Of a stretch of 64,000 bases of DNA, positions 63,890 through 64,000 are shown in pieces. Origin of the DNA: Candidatus Nanopelagicales bacterium (GTDB lineage: Bacteria > Actinomycetota > Actinomycetes > Nanopelagicales > Nanopelagicaceae). The stretch spans positions 9,004 to 73,003 of the forward strand of contig JAURGA010000002.1 of assembly GCA_030834095.1 (NCBI GenBank). The letters run 5' to 3'. Under the pieces are notes generated by a model. It was given only the letters and a program-made list of their open reading frames with translations. It was not told the DNA's origin and made no database searches. The position numbers were made by a program, and so were the translations under genes. Position 1 is the first letter of the stretch; each line of letters begins with the position of its first letter.

Positions 63890-64000
63890 GTGCGCAAGTT
63901 CGCGTTCGCAGAGAGTGGTGAAGGATTCGTCCCACCAAGCACCGCCGACTTCAACCTCCCACCAATTTTTGGGGATAACGAATTCACAACTAAACCAATT
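63890..64000 (+). CDS. atpB: ATP synthase F0 subunit a, 5' partial (runs off the window)
   Basis: AGGAG then GTG 63890. Translation VRKFAFAESGEGFVPPSTADFNLPPIFGDNEFTTKPI resembles actinobacterial AtpB N-termini. Only 37 codons are visible. Confidence 0.6.
   Translation, partial: MRKFAFAESGEGFVPPSTADFNLPPIFGDNEFTTKPI

Overview
This 64-kb window is a very compact, almost entirely plus-strand block of core housekeeping genes. The gene order is classic Actinobacteria, but the sequence is visibly AT-richer by eye (not computed) than typical Actinobacteria. The many 4-nt start/stop overlaps suggest a streamlined lineage, for example a freshwater acI/Nanopelagicales-like organism; that assignment is inference only.

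Gene content, in order:
- A branched-chain amino-acid supercluster: ilvB-ilvN-ilvC-serA-leuB-ilvE-cimA.
- xerC, then a secreted S1 protease.
- rpsB-tsf-pyrH-frr-cdsA-rlmN.
- An 8.4-kb polyamine uptake/catabolism module: PatD-like aldehyde dehydrogenase, PotABCD-type ABC transporter, DAO-family flavoprotein and convergent gabT.
- dxr, an M50 site-2 protease, ispG, proS and a TauE-family permease.
- rimP-nusA-ylxR-infB-rbfA-truB-ribF, rpsO and pnp.
- An M16 peptidase, dapB, a glutaredoxin-like protein and azlCD (minus strand).
- thyX-dapA-rnj-ftsK and a RodZ-like HTH protein.
- rimO-pgsA-cinA-clgR, a TetR regulator, DUF3046, recA-recX-miaB-miaA-dapF-hflX.
- A YrdC-fold protein, glyA, wecA, two small ATP-synthase-associated membrane proteins and the start of atpB.

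I found no rRNA or complete tRNA genes, no CRISPR arrays, no transposases and no prophage.

I do not see convincing evidence for a novel multi-gene system. The items most worth a second look are small:
- a likely leaderless Ile/Val leader-peptide attenuator before ilvB;
- a recA control region with a distal LexA box, a proximal RecA-NDp (PafBC-type) promoter motif and an unexplained 14-nt tandem repeat;
- the polyamine module inserted into conserved synteny and translationally coupled to rlmN;
- an S1 protease with an odd Cys/Lys-rich tail, followed by the largest intergenic gap, which holds a tRNA-like fragment;
- a YrdC/Sua5-fold protein whose catalytic motifs look degenerate.
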